Shown here one piece after another: positions 21,501-31,038 of a stretch of DNA of 64,000 bases (position 1 is its first letter; each line of letters opens with the position of its first letter). The position numbers and the translations under genes are program-made. The stretch is taken from the NCBI GenBank assembly GCA_000002435.2, contig CM018793.1, one strand, 5' to 3'. This DNA is from Giardia intestinalis (lineage: Eukaryota). Under the pieces are notes generated by a model that did not search any database, was not told the origin of the DNA, and was given only the letters and a program-made list of their open reading frames with translations.

Positions 21501-21704
21501 GTGACAATATCGGAAAAATCTTCCAGAACTTCAACCATTATTGCCAAGTCCCCGGAAAGTGTACTTTCTCCATCAGCAGAAATGTCTAAAGGCCGCGGGC
21601 TGGAACCCGGACAGCTGAATGCTAAAATAAAAACACAGTTTCTATCCATTTTTGCTCCTAAGCGTACAGGAAAAAAGTATCCAAAAGAATCTGTCAGCTC
21701 TTGA
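18537..21704 (+). CDS. Hypothetical protein, 1055 aa, mostly helical, no recognised domain
   Basis: Long ORF with even composition, tightly abutting its convergent neighbour (7-bp gap). Confidence 0.65.
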   Translation: MENKCCLLSKKGFKHFLMSEFSINPHSLTYLEDGQFLSGFQTAVTRSEQFLYVKPLSNRVKEHAGTLKNLSASQASVVEIRSVARHLRAELQDFKTNVSATSQVAEKEGEGFISQANEVANTITHLERVQAVRAYLLDVNKCVSTLLRIKDAINECKTFRTEFDKLMLVVDGLDPTNQNDVGAFTYNARLLVAPCKQVKDIVADLFSFEREVLPSVKRLSIHKDFHCQVRFLKGDIFQGILLSSLNSWLSELRKGSSLLGCRLMILADQSIIDTNDSFSKALQEFHADRTTGSAKNAGAIYDVSSDTAVKSEDQSAATTSLLEKLTALGRNVRSECYFDYVNEILAVSELLGFKEEAITHIISVRQKQEPIVEAFDYLQYMESLNSKKIYERVYAYIGYFFYNALLASIVPSLSQIMNELTISRFTVLLRRLCDEYCNAPDAAFILEFHRIILCIRFLENFPKADDIVSYFMDVCLKVHCETQATKHRLSIISVIQGLHINTDKSDTARILTLREGFVDTLLLSLKGQTKETLNDTTIKLQRYIYYETLQKAVDLSIIILEFIFGSLLFFYPSCKILQQYKANYDKMLSLITFVCCGDPAPSALAALRCVQEQVSVTTLLDRVFSFLLVNVHPQLIEALSDVSQNNILDILQNLYLFKGFDISLRLVSKVLFALFGSRELCRPFDDIIDPLYASMFSSLSYVLPDPIVKSLRFFAATNQPIDFCTSDSVAAPKIFPGTLSISLINKYNSPVPTDTSLPFKLYLERFLNYFIAALRFLPTELVNQIIRISNVLLVDSFLQTVSKSTALRIPASGGLRAFCEDLKTLQEISVTTGIYYELSCSNTHESLVSLYNLEENESMRPPKQKMFVALATTIAKETPGYGGFKIQSESETVADKINVTIADLSTFLHLIEFNDRAISLLSTFQLDNQQHLQSLRNKCYDIMNDEAIDISRLSDREGRLVKMLSLSNDEFRKVQAEFLDYIANACSTVTISEKSSRTSTIIAKSPESVLSPSAEMSKGRGLEPGQLNAKIKTQFLSIFAPKRTGKKYPKESVSS

Positions 21705-21711
21705 TTGCATA

Positions 21712-23442
21712 CTAGGATGGTGAACTACATTTAGTACACTGCTTTATTACTGATCCCTTTCTACCACCTATAGCGCATACGTAAGTGGACTTACTCAAGC
21801 GTTGAAGAGAGTTTGATGAAGAATCAGTCAGGTTGGTGTCTCTTTGCCTTGTTACATGATCTAGTAGCTTCTGATATACAAGAAGCTTTTGTTCCTCCAA
21901 TGCCTTCTTTTTGTTTAGTTTACCCACGCTCTGAAGGGCAAGAATACCGAATTTCTCTGCCTCATACTCTATGAGAATCCTGGTACATCTCAGACTACAT
22001 ACTGCAGCCGCGAAGACTAATGCAGACCAGCCCGGGTACTTCTTGTTATCCAGTGTGGTAAACATGTTTGCCTCCTTGCTAGCTAGTAAACGACATGTGT
22101 CTTGGCTATCGTTATATGCAGCAGACATGAGGGCTGTGAAACCGCGTCCAAAGTCGCTCAACTGATTTGTACAAAGGCCAGCCTCCGTCTGCAAAAGCAT
22201 CGCAGTTGTTGCGATTTGCTTGCAACCCGCAGCGTACATTAGTGCAGTCCAACCCTTAGAGGTCTGAATCCCGCCTTCTATGGGGCGTAATAGGCGACAC
22301 ACGTCAATGGATCCGTGCGCCGCTCCTAGCATAAGTGCTGTGCAATCTGAAAAGTGCCATCCGCGCAGAACGAATTTCTCTGCAGTGAAAAATGACTCCC
22401 GTTTCAAGAGCATTTTAGCCACAGCTGCACGATTGAGAATAGCAGCAATCATAAGAGCGGTGAGCCCGTCGTTGTTTGAGAGACCTGCCTGACCTATGTG
22501 TAACCGTGCAGAAGTAGAATCGTCCTCTCTGACTGCCTTCATCAATAATGTGCTTCCATCATCTAACCGAACAACCCCTTGTCTCTGCTCTGCTCTCTGC
22601 ACAAAACCCATTCTAGTCATCTTGTCTAGAAGCTGCTCTGAGCTTGGTCTGTCACGTTGAGTTTTACAGCACGACCAATTTAATAGTTCAAGCAGCTCAA
22701 GGCTTAGTCTGAAAAATCCACTAGATGTATCTAGTGGTGATGAAATAGATGGGTCGGTCAAGTGTGGATCTGATTTTTTCCACCCCCATGGAACAATAAG
22801 CTCGCGGACAATATTCCCTGCAGAATAAATGCTGGATTTTTCTGTGAAGAATCGCGAAGTACGTGTCTCGGGAGCTAAGTACCATGTCAGATCAGAAGAT
22901 CGTTCAGCAGCATCCTCGCTATCATACGAGGACCTAAGCAGGAACCGACGAACCTCAGGCTCCTGGCTACATATCAATATTCTAACTAGATCTATCTTTA
23001 ATATCCCTCCATCGGTAAAGTAAACGCTTTTTGGATCAATGATCAGGGGACGACGCTTCATTGGACCGTCGAGATGTCTATGTATGTATTGGATAGCTAT
23101 TACCAGCTGCACAAATGTATCCTCTATAAAGTTAGTTGACGGCCGGCCTAATGTTAAACAGAATTCAGCGTTTAAAGACCACAAAGACCCAGCGCCACAC
23201 AGTTCTGAAAGTATCAGTAGTCGCTTGTTCCTCTTGTCAAGCATGTGATCAAATATACGCCTAACGTTCCGGTGATGGATCCGAGCCATTGTTGCAACTC
23301 CAGCCATGAACAAGCTACATTGGGACTCTGACAGATTTAGAAGCGAGATCTGTTGTAGTGAGTAAAGGCTTGCGTCTGTGTTCCTCCTCACGCATGTAAT
23401 ACCTTCTTGGAAAGGCCGGAGGATAGTGAAATTCTGTAGCAC
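21712..23442 (-). CDS. NEK-like kinase-domain (probable pseudokinase) protein with C-terminal ankyrin repeats
   Basis: The kinase-like region has the APE motif (LTWYLAPE) but lacks a canonical Gly loop and HRD/DFG (PLIIDPKSV, DLV). The C-terminal half has ankyrin units (GLTALMIAAILNRAAVAKMLL, TALMLGAAHGSIDVCRLL, GWTALMYAAGCKQIATTAMLL, FTALMSAAYNDSQDTCRLL). Confidence 0.75.
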   Translation of the reverse strand: MLQNFTILRPFQEGITCVRRNTDASLYSLQQISLLNLSESQCSLFMAGVATMARIHHRNVRRIFDHMLDKRNKRLLILSELCGAGSLWSLNAEFCLTLGRPSTNFIEDTFVQLVIAIQYIHRHLDGPMKRRPLIIDPKSVYFTDGGILKIDLVRILICSQEPEVRRFLLRSSYDSEDAAERSSDLTWYLAPETRTSRFFTEKSSIYSAGNIVRELIVPWGWKKSDPHLTDPSISSPLDTSSGFFRLSLELLELLNWSCCKTQRDRPSSEQLLDKMTRMGFVQRAEQRQGVVRLDDGSTLLMKAVREDDSTSARLHIGQAGLSNNDGLTALMIAAILNRAAVAKMLLKRESFFTAEKFVLRGWHFSDCTALMLGAAHGSIDVCRLLRPIEGGIQTSKGWTALMYAAGCKQIATTAMLLQTEAGLCTNQLSDFGRGFTALMSAAYNDSQDTCRLLASKEANMFTTLDNKKYPGWSALVFAAAVCSLRCTRILIEYEAEKFGILALQSVGKLNKKKALEEQKLLVYQKLLDHVTRQRDTNLTDSSSNSLQRLSKSTYVCAIGGRKGSVIKQCTKCSSPS

Positions 23443-23468
23443 AGACGTTTCGCAATTAAAAATTGCCT

Positions 23469-24008
23469 ATGGGGTTATTTGACCTCATCAGGAGACACCG
23501 GAAGGGTAAGAAAGAGATCCGAGTGCTGATTCTCGGACTAGATAACTCTGGCAAGACCACCATTTTACGTAAGCTTTGTGAAGAAGACACGTCTGTCATA
23601 ATGCCTACCCAAGGATTCAACGCAAAAACAATCAAGGGGCCCAAGGGTGTTAGTCTAAACTGCTGGGATGTGGGCGGGCAAAAGGCGATTCGAACGTACT
23701 GGCAAAACTACTACGCTGGCACTACCTGTCTTATTTGGGTCGTAGACGCAGCAGACGTCAAGAGAATGGACGAAGTAGCACTTGAAGTATCGCTTGCCTT
23801 GGAGGATTGCAGACTTGCTGGTGTCCCCATTCTAGTTTTCGCAAATAAGCAAGACCTAGCGACAGCCCTGAAGCCAAGCGATCTTTGTGACAAAATTGGA
23901 CTATGGGCTCTGCGAGATCGCGTTTGGCATATCCAAGGCTGCAGTGCTTTAACTGGCGAAGGCCTTGAAGAAGGGATCCTATGGATGGTCAGTAAGACTG
24001 ACAAGTAG
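23469..24008 (+). CDS. ARL2: ARF-like small GTPase, ARL2-like
   Basis: GLDNSGKTT (P-loop), WDVGGQ, NKQD, CSA; high overall similarity to ARL2 (LGLDNAGKTT..WDVGGQKSLRSYWRNY..LIWVVDSAD..FANKQDL..IQGCSAVTGE). The ORF track starts at 23463 (MPMGLF); the Met at 23469 is the more likely start. Confidence 0.85.
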   Translation: MGLFDLIRRHRKGKKEIRVLILGLDNSGKTTILRKLCEEDTSVIMPTQGFNAKTIKGPKGVSLNCWDVGGQKAIRTYWQNYYAGTTCLIWVVDAADVKRMDEVALEVSLALEDCRLAGVPILVFANKQDLATALKPSDLCDKIGLWALRDRVWHIQGCSALTGEGLEEGILWMVSKTDK

Positions 24009-24016
24009 AGCAAAAA

Positions 24017-24541
24017 TTATTGCTCGTAAAGGTCTTTATTTATGTTCTGTGCGTAGTTCTTTCTCTTAGCAATGAGAAGTTTAGAGGGTAGGATAGACTC
24101 TATGTCAATGTCTTCTATAGCAACTTTCGTAGAGGGAAAGCTCTCCAGCATCATGGTGGTAAGTAAATCTGTCGTTTCTAGTGCTTTCTGGACTTCTTTT
24201 CGAAGACACTCTTGGATTTCTGGGATGTTAGCGTCCATATATGCAGTAATTATTTTCCCAAGTTCAGAGAGGGTGCGTTTCTTCGTTGGAAGAAGCGTTG
24301 CTATGTGAATATGTGGCTGCAGAATAGTGAGTTCATAAACGTCTGGGCGCTTCTTATAGTGCCTTATCGATAGCCTAAAAGGACAGCCTGCCCAGTTTGC
24401 ACAGTGATAATCATCTTTCCAAAACTCCGTTCTGTGACGTCGTCCACGAGAGAGCACCAGTTTAGAGTTCGTTCTAAGCTGATGCGACAGAAGAGTAGAG
24501 GAAAGATCTGAAGCTGACACTGTAAATGAAACCCCGTTCAT
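24017..24541 (-). CDS. Hypothetical protein, 174 aa
   Basis: ORF fills the gap after ARL2 (8-bp convergent spacing). No recognised domain. Confidence 0.4.
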   Translation of the reverse strand: MNGVSFTVSASDLSSTLLSHQLRTNSKLVLSRGRRHRTEFWKDDYHCANWAGCPFRLSIRHYKKRPDVYELTILQPHIHIATLLPTKKRTLSELGKIITAYMDANIPEIQECLRKEVQKALETTDLLTTMMLESFPSTKVAIEDIDIESILPSKLLIAKRKNYAQNINKDLYEQ

Positions 24542-26502
24542 TTTCTTTCTTGATATCTTAAGTTGCTTGGAAGAGTAGATCCCTGTCTTGAATATCTGAG
24601 TCTTGTAACTTATACACTAGACCCGTATGTTAGCATTTATTATCTTTGTGCGGGGATGGTATCGAAAGTTCTTAGAACCTCTCTATGGTGCGCACGGCGA
24701 TGACCGCTGTACATGGAGTCAGTAGATTCCACCAGAGGCACTTGTAGACTTCACACCTGCAGGAATCGGAGACTCGGACAGTCTGTCTCCTCTGTGCTCT
24801 GCGGGTTCTCCGGTGTCTTGCAACGCTGCTATCCTGAAAGGTGTCTGGAAGGAGAATCTTCTTGAGCAGCAGGAGCACCATGGGGCCACCACTCACAGGC
24901 GACAAGCGGCTGCAGTCGGCCCTTCCCTGCGTGTCCCTCGTACGGGCCGCTCCTTATTGCATAACAACGTGTCATGCCAATGGGGTGATATCCACTACCC
25001 AAACAGGCCGGTAGCGGTCCTGGCTGTCTGAGGCACTGTCCCACTATGTGCCTCCACCAACGCCGGCCCCACCCATGTGCCAGCTGCTGCATGGATTCCT
25101 TGCTTGACGCGGCCTGCAGGGGGAGTAGAGCCTGTTCTCCTGCTGGGTCACCGCGCATTGCTGGGGGATGCACCGGACAAGTATCTCGAGTGTCGGACGA
25201 ACCGGCCGGGGCAGGCACCCGCTCGATAACCTGCCCAGTACGGGCACAGGCCTGTCCTGCCACACAGTCGCTCAGGCGGAGTCCTCGTCACTTCCTGACA
25301 TTGATCCGTTGAAGGCGAGCTGCATGACCGACAGGAGCAATCGTGCAGCTGGGTCCCGCTGTGCCATCGCTCATGCTTGATGAGCTACGTGGCCAACGGG
25401 AGACGTGCTGGCAAGGGATTTCCTGGTCTCGCCATGAGTCAGGTCGCCGTCACCCTTGTTACCTCTACAACAGCAGGGCAGGTGCTGGGGATGTTCATCG
25501 TAACCTCAGGCTTGCCAATATCGTCGCGTCTCTGACCTCGGCCTCTGCAGGAGCGTCCTGTGACGGTGCGAGTGAGACCTCCACGCACTGTAGCTCCCCG
25601 CATAGGGCGGGCTCCCAAGGCTGCACCAGGGCCACTAGCTGCTGCCCAAGGATGTCAGACCGCCACTAGGGGTCTGCTCAGGGAGCCGCAAGGCAGCACC
25701 AGCAGACTGCTCCCAACGGTGGTGCTCTTTACGCTATCGAGACGGAGGCGCCGTTCTTTGTCCTTTGCCTCTGCTGCTGTGTTAGGGCTTGATCTACCGG
25801 GCCTGGCAGGAATAGCGGTACCAGAGGGTGCTACCATAGCAGGCGTCCCGGTGCGTCTTCCGGCAGGATGGATTGCCACACAATGGAGAGTATGGTTGAA
25901 AACCCTGCTGCTTACGGGAAACCAGTTCGGACCGCCTGCTGTCTTGGTGTGGCCGTGCTGCCCAGCTGGATCAAGGTAGTAGTCCCACTGAAACCCGTCA
26001 CCTTCACGGGCAGCTTTGACCTCTTTCGTCTTCATGGGAGCAGCTCCCCTGTTCTTATCTACGCGCCATCCTTGTGTATCATAAGCGCCTCTTTTGCCTC
26101 TGGCTGTCCTGCACCACCGCCACATCAACAAGGCGCCTTTGTATGCACTTCGTCCGGCTATAGTAGCATCTCTGGCCATCTTCTACCCTTTTGAAAAGAA
26201 ACGGCAGATTTACTCATGGGCCGCAGAGCAGTCCAAAAGTCAGTGTGACAGCGACACCAGGTGCACTGCTCCTAAAGGGAGACACTACCTCAAACCAGCC
26301 CTATTGTGCCTGTTTCCCCTCTCCTCCTGCGTACTGCACCCATGAGGACACCCGGCTGTGACTAGCATGCCCGTCGCTTTCACGTTTCAGTGGCTGTGCA
26401 GTGCTGCTCGTACGAGTATCACGGCTCTGTCCGTACTGGCTGGGCCGTACTGCCCTCGCTATCAACTAGATTCTCCTCGGGATCAAAGGGAGGCGGCGAT
26501 CA

Positions 26503-27850
26503 TCAGGTAGTCCAGCCGTTCTTGTCCTGGAGGCCCCTCTCCTCCCCAACAAGCAACTCGACGGGATCAGCGTGCCCCTGCTGGGCCGCGTGCATGAGGG
26601 CCGTCATCCCCTGTGCGTCACGCTGACCAACACCGAGTCTTTCTTCAAGCAGCATCCAGACGGTCTCCGTGCTATTCGTATGCGCGGCACGCATCAGCCT
26701 GGGCAGCAAAAAGAGGCTGGACTGAGGGTCAGTCGTGTTCATCCTGTCACTGAACTGTGCAAGCCTATTCTCCAGTGCCTTAATCATAGCTAGATGTTCC
26801 TTACTTTGGTCTTCAAGTGCGTCGATCTTAGTAGATCTAGTCTTAACATCCTCTTCCAGCAACGCGATCCTGGCGTTAGCGCCATTCAGCGCAGCCTCCA
26901 AGGAGCCGCACCTGTACCTCAGCATCACGCACTAGCCCCCAGCTCACTAACTGGAATGTCGAATGTAGTGAGCGTCTCGTGCAGCTCCCTGGCCGTCGGC
27001 CTCCTCTCTGGCTCCAGCACGAATATCCTCTCCAGAACATTCTGCATGAAGCCATCAGTGAGACCGCTCAGGTCCGGCCTCCACCCATCGATGAAGACCT
27101 CTGCCGGCTCCTTGCCCCCCAAGAAGTCCGGTCTCCTCAGAGTTACTAGTTCATAAATGATGACCCCGAGGCTCCACACGTCGGAGGCGGGGCTGGCCTC
27201 GTTGTGGAGGAGCACCTCGGGGGCAACGTATGCCATTATTCCTATGAGAGTGCTCCCACTCCACAGGGCGTCCCTGCAGAGGCCGAAGTCGGCGATGACG
27301 AAGCGCTCCCCGTCTTCGCTGATGAGGACGTTGGCAGGCCTGAGGTCGCAGTGGACAAACCTCCTAGTATTTGCTCCATTGATGCTGTGGAGGTAGGCGA
27401 GGGCAGCGGCGAGCTGCCTCACAATTGAGAGGATTATAGTGATAGGGATGAGAGTCTTCCTTCGTTTGTGCTCGGTGAGGAGGCGCTCGAGGGTCTTGTC
27501 GTGCCGGTCCGTGACGACGTAGATGAAGCCCCCGTCCTCGACTACTTGATGGTACCTGAAGACCCCCGGGTGGGAGAGGTCGGGGAGGGTGGTCAGCTCT
27601 AGTCTGATCTCATCTACACTGTTTTTGTCCAGGCCCCCAAGCTGAATGACCTTTACAGCGAGCTCCAGATAGCTTTGAGAGAGTAGACCTTGCTCATGAA
27701 GCCCCTGCCCAACACGCTATCCAGCCGCTCGTGGAGGTCCCTGATGGTGAACTGCGGGGCACTGACAGCTGTTGTTGCAGGCTCAGACGAGGCAGTGTCC
27801 ATCCTGGTATTATTTTGGTAATCTACCGTTTTGGAAACGATCCTTTCCAC
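26503..27850 (-). pseudogene. Disrupted NEK kinase / coiled-coil / ankyrin gene (frameshifted; pseudogene or assembly indel)
   Basis: Three reading frames together encode one kinase. Gly loop LGRGFMSKVY lies in the 27653..27850 ORF. Subdomains II-V (AVKVIQLGG...YLHS) lie in a +1 frame across 27423..27660. Subdomains VI-XI (HCDLRPANVL, DFGLCRD, MAYVAPE, DVWSLG) lie in 26925..27422. A coiled-coil and ankyrin units (GMTALMHAAQQGHADPVELL, GWTT stop) lie in 26503..26928. Ankyrin coding then continues in another frame but stops within a few codons (LMIAASL stop). Confidence 0.55.
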
Positions 27851-28140
27851 AGGAGTTTATGTCTACAAGTCTACAGCGGCCCTGTATCTGTGGGGGCTTC
27901 TGCATAGGAGATGAGAAGGCCACCTGCGCGACCGTTTCACCCACCGGCGTTCCAGTGCTGACCGGGGGTGAAAAGGCCTGTTCCCCTTGACCTCTGCGGA
28001 AACGGGCAGCTGTGTGACCCACTGACGGCCACCACTTCATTGAGGTGTCTGTTTGCTGCACAGCTGGAGGGAGATTCTAGTCCATCGTCGGATGCAATCA
28101 ACAGTTAAGCGCGTTCACTCACGGGCTTTCTGGATAGTAT

Positions 28141-28776
28141 TCACAGGCAAGGATCCACTAGCCTAATGCCCTTATTTTCAAGAAAAGACGCCACCTCGGG
28201 GTGACCTCGTGTACTAGCCATACAAAGAGCAGACTCGCCGCCTACGTCCTTCTCTCTCTCCAGCAGTAACTTGACACAGTCCAGACGGCCAAAGCCTGCT
28301 GCAGCTGTGAGGGCGGTAACACCTCCGTTTATTTGCATGCCTCCCTCAACATCCAGGAGTAGTTTCACGACCTCGGTGCGGCCAACAAGTGCCGCCCACA
28401 TGAGGGCTGTCCATCCATTACTGCTCCTCATACCGCCCTCGCACCTCATCAGCAGCTTCACCACTCTGGTGTGTCCAAGCACCGCAGCGACCATCATGGC
28501 TGTCCCCCCACTTATGTCTACTCTCCCTGTCTTGACAAGCTTCGCCACCATCCTTGCCTGATAAGGGATGTAGCGCTTCACCGCGTCCACGTCGTTTCGT
28601 CTGGCCGCCTCCATAAGTGTGGTGACGCCGTCCTCATCCACGCTGCCTTCATCATCTGTTTGTGGAGACTCAGTTGGGTTTCCCGCGCCCTCTTCGCTTG
28701 CGTCCTTCTCAGACATGAGGAGTAAGGCGCAGTCGCACTCCTGAAGGAATTGATCTAAGTCATCCATAGACAACAT
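28141..28776 (-). CDS. Ankyrin-repeat protein (protein 21.1 type), 211 aa
   Basis: Ankyrin units VTTLMEAARRNDVDAVKRYI, GTAMMVAAVLGHTRVVKLLM, GWTALMWAALVGRTEVVKLLL, VTALTAAAGFGRLDCVKLLL, SALCMASTRGHPEVASFL. Confidence 0.75.
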   Translation of the reverse strand: MLSMDDLDQFLQECDCALLLMSEKDASEEGAGNPTESPQTDDEGSVDEDGVTTLMEAARRNDVDAVKRYIPYQARMVAKLVKTGRVDISGGTAMMVAAVLGHTRVVKLLMRCEGGMRSSNGWTALMWAALVGRTEVVKLLLDVEGGMQINGGVTALTAAAGFGRLDCVKLLLEREKDVGGESALCMASTRGHPEVASFLENKGIRLVDPCL

Positions 28777-29341
28777 TTTTACTCCGGGTCACATAGAACG
28801 CGTGTGGCAGTACGCCTGCAATTCCTGGGCCTCTTGCAGCGCATCCAGATGGCGCATCATAAGCGGACTGCATGCCTTGAATTCCTTCCGTTGCCCCTGC
28901 TATGTGTAGCAAGGTGCAACAAAGTGACTATTGGGATTCTGAAGCCTAGAGCCCCCTTTACAAGCCGTGGTGTGCATCCGTTCCCACCACACGGACCATC
29001 ATGCTGAGGAAACACGTCCGCTTGGAAGGCAGTAAACGCTCCACTCCAATCTTAGCGCACGCCTTGCACGGCGGCAACCACCTGGTCGGTAGTCTGCGTG
29101 CGCGAACTCCCTGATGGTCTGAAGCAGGCCATGTCTCGCTGCAAAACCTTGCCCCTGGCTGGAAGAATGCCCTGCAGGCAACGGCTTAGCCGCGCTGTGA
29201 CTGCCTCTGCACCCATCTGCCCGGGCTGTTGCGAAGACTCGAGGTGAGAACAGCTCGGGGTCCCCATAGCAGCGAGCATGTGGCCAAGAGAACAGCCCGA
29301 CTGTTTGCCCGGGGCTGACGTGCAGATGGCGTCGCAGAGCT

Positions 29342-30688
29342 ATGGACCTCAGTCTTAAAATGAGCGCCCTGGAGCGCGCGGATGTCTCTTCTGGGGATAC
29401 CGCTGCCCACGCCCCCGGATCCCCCCTGTGCGAGTGGAGGGCCGAGCTTGACGCCCCAGTCATCGCTGCGGTGGTTGCGCGAGTCTGCGGTAGGGACGCT
29501 GTCGTGGCGCTAACCACGCGGGGCCGGGCCCCCATCGTCCATGCAATCGCCTCCAAGGGCATCAGCGGCAGCAGAAGTGTCTGCAGCCTCGGACGCGCCG
29601 CTCCGGGGGAGCCCCTGACCGCGGTCTGCGCCCTGGATGAGCGGGTCTTCCTCGCCTCTGTGTCGGCCATCTACGAGCTCGTGGCAGGCTCTCATCGAAC
29701 GCATCGCCTAGTTCTGCTCTACCCCGCGCGGGACATCCCCTGGCCCATCCGAAGCCTCTCTGCCGAGAGGTGCGGAGCCGCAATTGTCCTCGTCGCTACG
29801 TTCGGGCTCCCAGCACAGGACCCGCAAAGCACGGGCCTTCTACTGCTCTGCCTGCGTGGTGGGTGTCCCCAGGCAACTGTCCTCCCCGTCTCCGTCGCTG
29901 ACACTGCCTGCCCCTCTCTGCGCTACGATCCGGCCTCCTCCCTCCTCTATGTCCTGGCCCCCACGACTGATGCAGGAGTCGTTCTGTGCTGCGTCTGCTT
30001 CCAGGAGCCCGCAACTTTGGACCTGGTGCTACGGGGGTTCGAGTGGTTCACTCAGACCGGCACGGAGTTCTACATGTCCCGGGTTGTTATCTCGAGCCCC
30101 GAGGAGCATCTCTCGTACCGCTGCAAAGAGGGTCCTGAGCTTGCAGAGGCGCAGGTCGGGGCCGTCTGCATGTGTGGCACCTCGGCTGTCGTCGCCGTGT
30201 CGGCCGTTTCCGAGACCGGCGAGCGCTCCGATCTGCCGGTCCTCCTGGTCGTCTCCGGCCTGCTGTCGCATCTCTCGTTCTCCACGATAGAACTCGATGA
30301 CTTCGGGGCCCAGAACCTACCCCCGGAGTCTGAGTCGTTCCGCATCTTCTCTCTGTCCCCATCCTCGGCTGCCCCGGGAACCCTCTGTCTGGCCTTCTGC
30401 AAGGGAAGCCTCCTCCACTTCCACAGGATGCCCGTGGAGAGCGGCACAGACGGCCCCCGCTCTGTCAGCACGTGCGAGTTGGTCCCTTCGACACACACGT
30501 TCTGCGCCCTGTACGAGACAGAAGGGGCCTTGCGGTGCGTCTTCACGGCCGTGGATGGAGCGCGCCTGTTCCTCTGCATGGCGAGCATGCAGGTGAGTTC
30601 CGGCCGTCGCGCTGGGGTCGGGGGGAGGTCGCAGAAGGGCCAGGAGGGGAAGCAGAGGAAGCACAAGGCACGGGTCAGCGATGCGTAG
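29342..30688 (+). CDS. Hypothetical protein (448 aa) in GC-rich DNA; coding status uncertain
   Basis: Longest ORF in this stretch. However, the local GC is high and the opposite strand also has long ORFs (305 aa, 180 aa), so ORF length alone is weak evidence. No recognised domain. Confidence 0.35.
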   Translation: MDLSLKMSALERADVSSGDTAAHAPGSPLCEWRAELDAPVIAAVVARVCGRDAVVALTTRGRAPIVHAIASKGISGSRSVCSLGRAAPGEPLTAVCALDERVFLASVSAIYELVAGSHRTHRLVLLYPARDIPWPIRSLSAERCGAAIVLVATFGLPAQDPQSTGLLLLCLRGGCPQATVLPVSVADTACPSLRYDPASSLLYVLAPTTDAGVVLCCVCFQEPATLDLVLRGFEWFTQTGTEFYMSRVVISSPEEHLSYRCKEGPELAEAQVGAVCMCGTSAVVAVSAVSETGERSDLPVLLVVSGLLSHLSFSTIELDDFGAQNLPPESESFRIFSLSPSSAAPGTLCLAFCKGSLLHFHRMPVESGTDGPRSVSTCELVPSTHTFCALYETEGALRCVFTAVDGARLFLCMASMQVSSGRRAGVGGRSQKGQEGKQRKHKARVSDA

Positions 30689-31017
30689 GGCTGTCTTTCC
30701 GCTGCCCAGTGCATACAAGGGTGCGCACAGCCACGACCGTCGCGCAGACGAGCCAATGGCAGGAGCGGGCCCGCACCTCTTCCTGCGCCGTGGAGTCTGA
30801 GGATCCGAGCTGGGGTCCCGGGGATGACACACGGCTGCAAGGGCATGCATGGGAGACACACAGGGACACAGACACGCAGGTGCACCTCTTCAGCGTCCCA
30901 CAAACGGATGCTCTCGTGCAGAGACCAAGCGGGTCTGTGAATGAGGCCCACGAGAGCCCAGAGATCGGGCACCCACTGCTCACCCACGCTAGAGCACCGC
31001 CCACATGTCCATACAGC

Positions 31018-31032
31018 ATTTACTACCTAAGT
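31018..31032 (-). promoter_or_regulatory. VSP-type extended polyadenylation signal ACTTAGGTAGTAAAT (contains AGTRAAY)
   Basis: Reverse complement of plus 31018..31032 reads ACTTAGGTAGTAAAT and lies within 20 nt downstream of the VSP TAG stop. It matches the conserved ACTYAGRTAGTRAAY element described downstream of Giardia VSP genes. Confidence 0.7.
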
Positions 31033-31038
31033 CTACAT

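Noticed and set aside
24600-26400. GC-rich ORF-free block as a possible rDNA unit
   Set aside because: The sequence does not resemble the extremely GC-rich Giardia SSU/LSU rRNA (no CATCCGGTCGATCCTGCC-like 5' end or conserved rRNA cores), and its GC content is only moderately elevated.
28999-30987. Minus-strand ORFs 28999..29670, 30070..30987 and 30317..30859 in the GC-rich island
   Set aside because: Arg/Pro/Ala-rich low-complexity translations typical of spurious ORFs in GC-rich DNA. They overlap each other and the plus-strand 448-aa ORF. No motifs.
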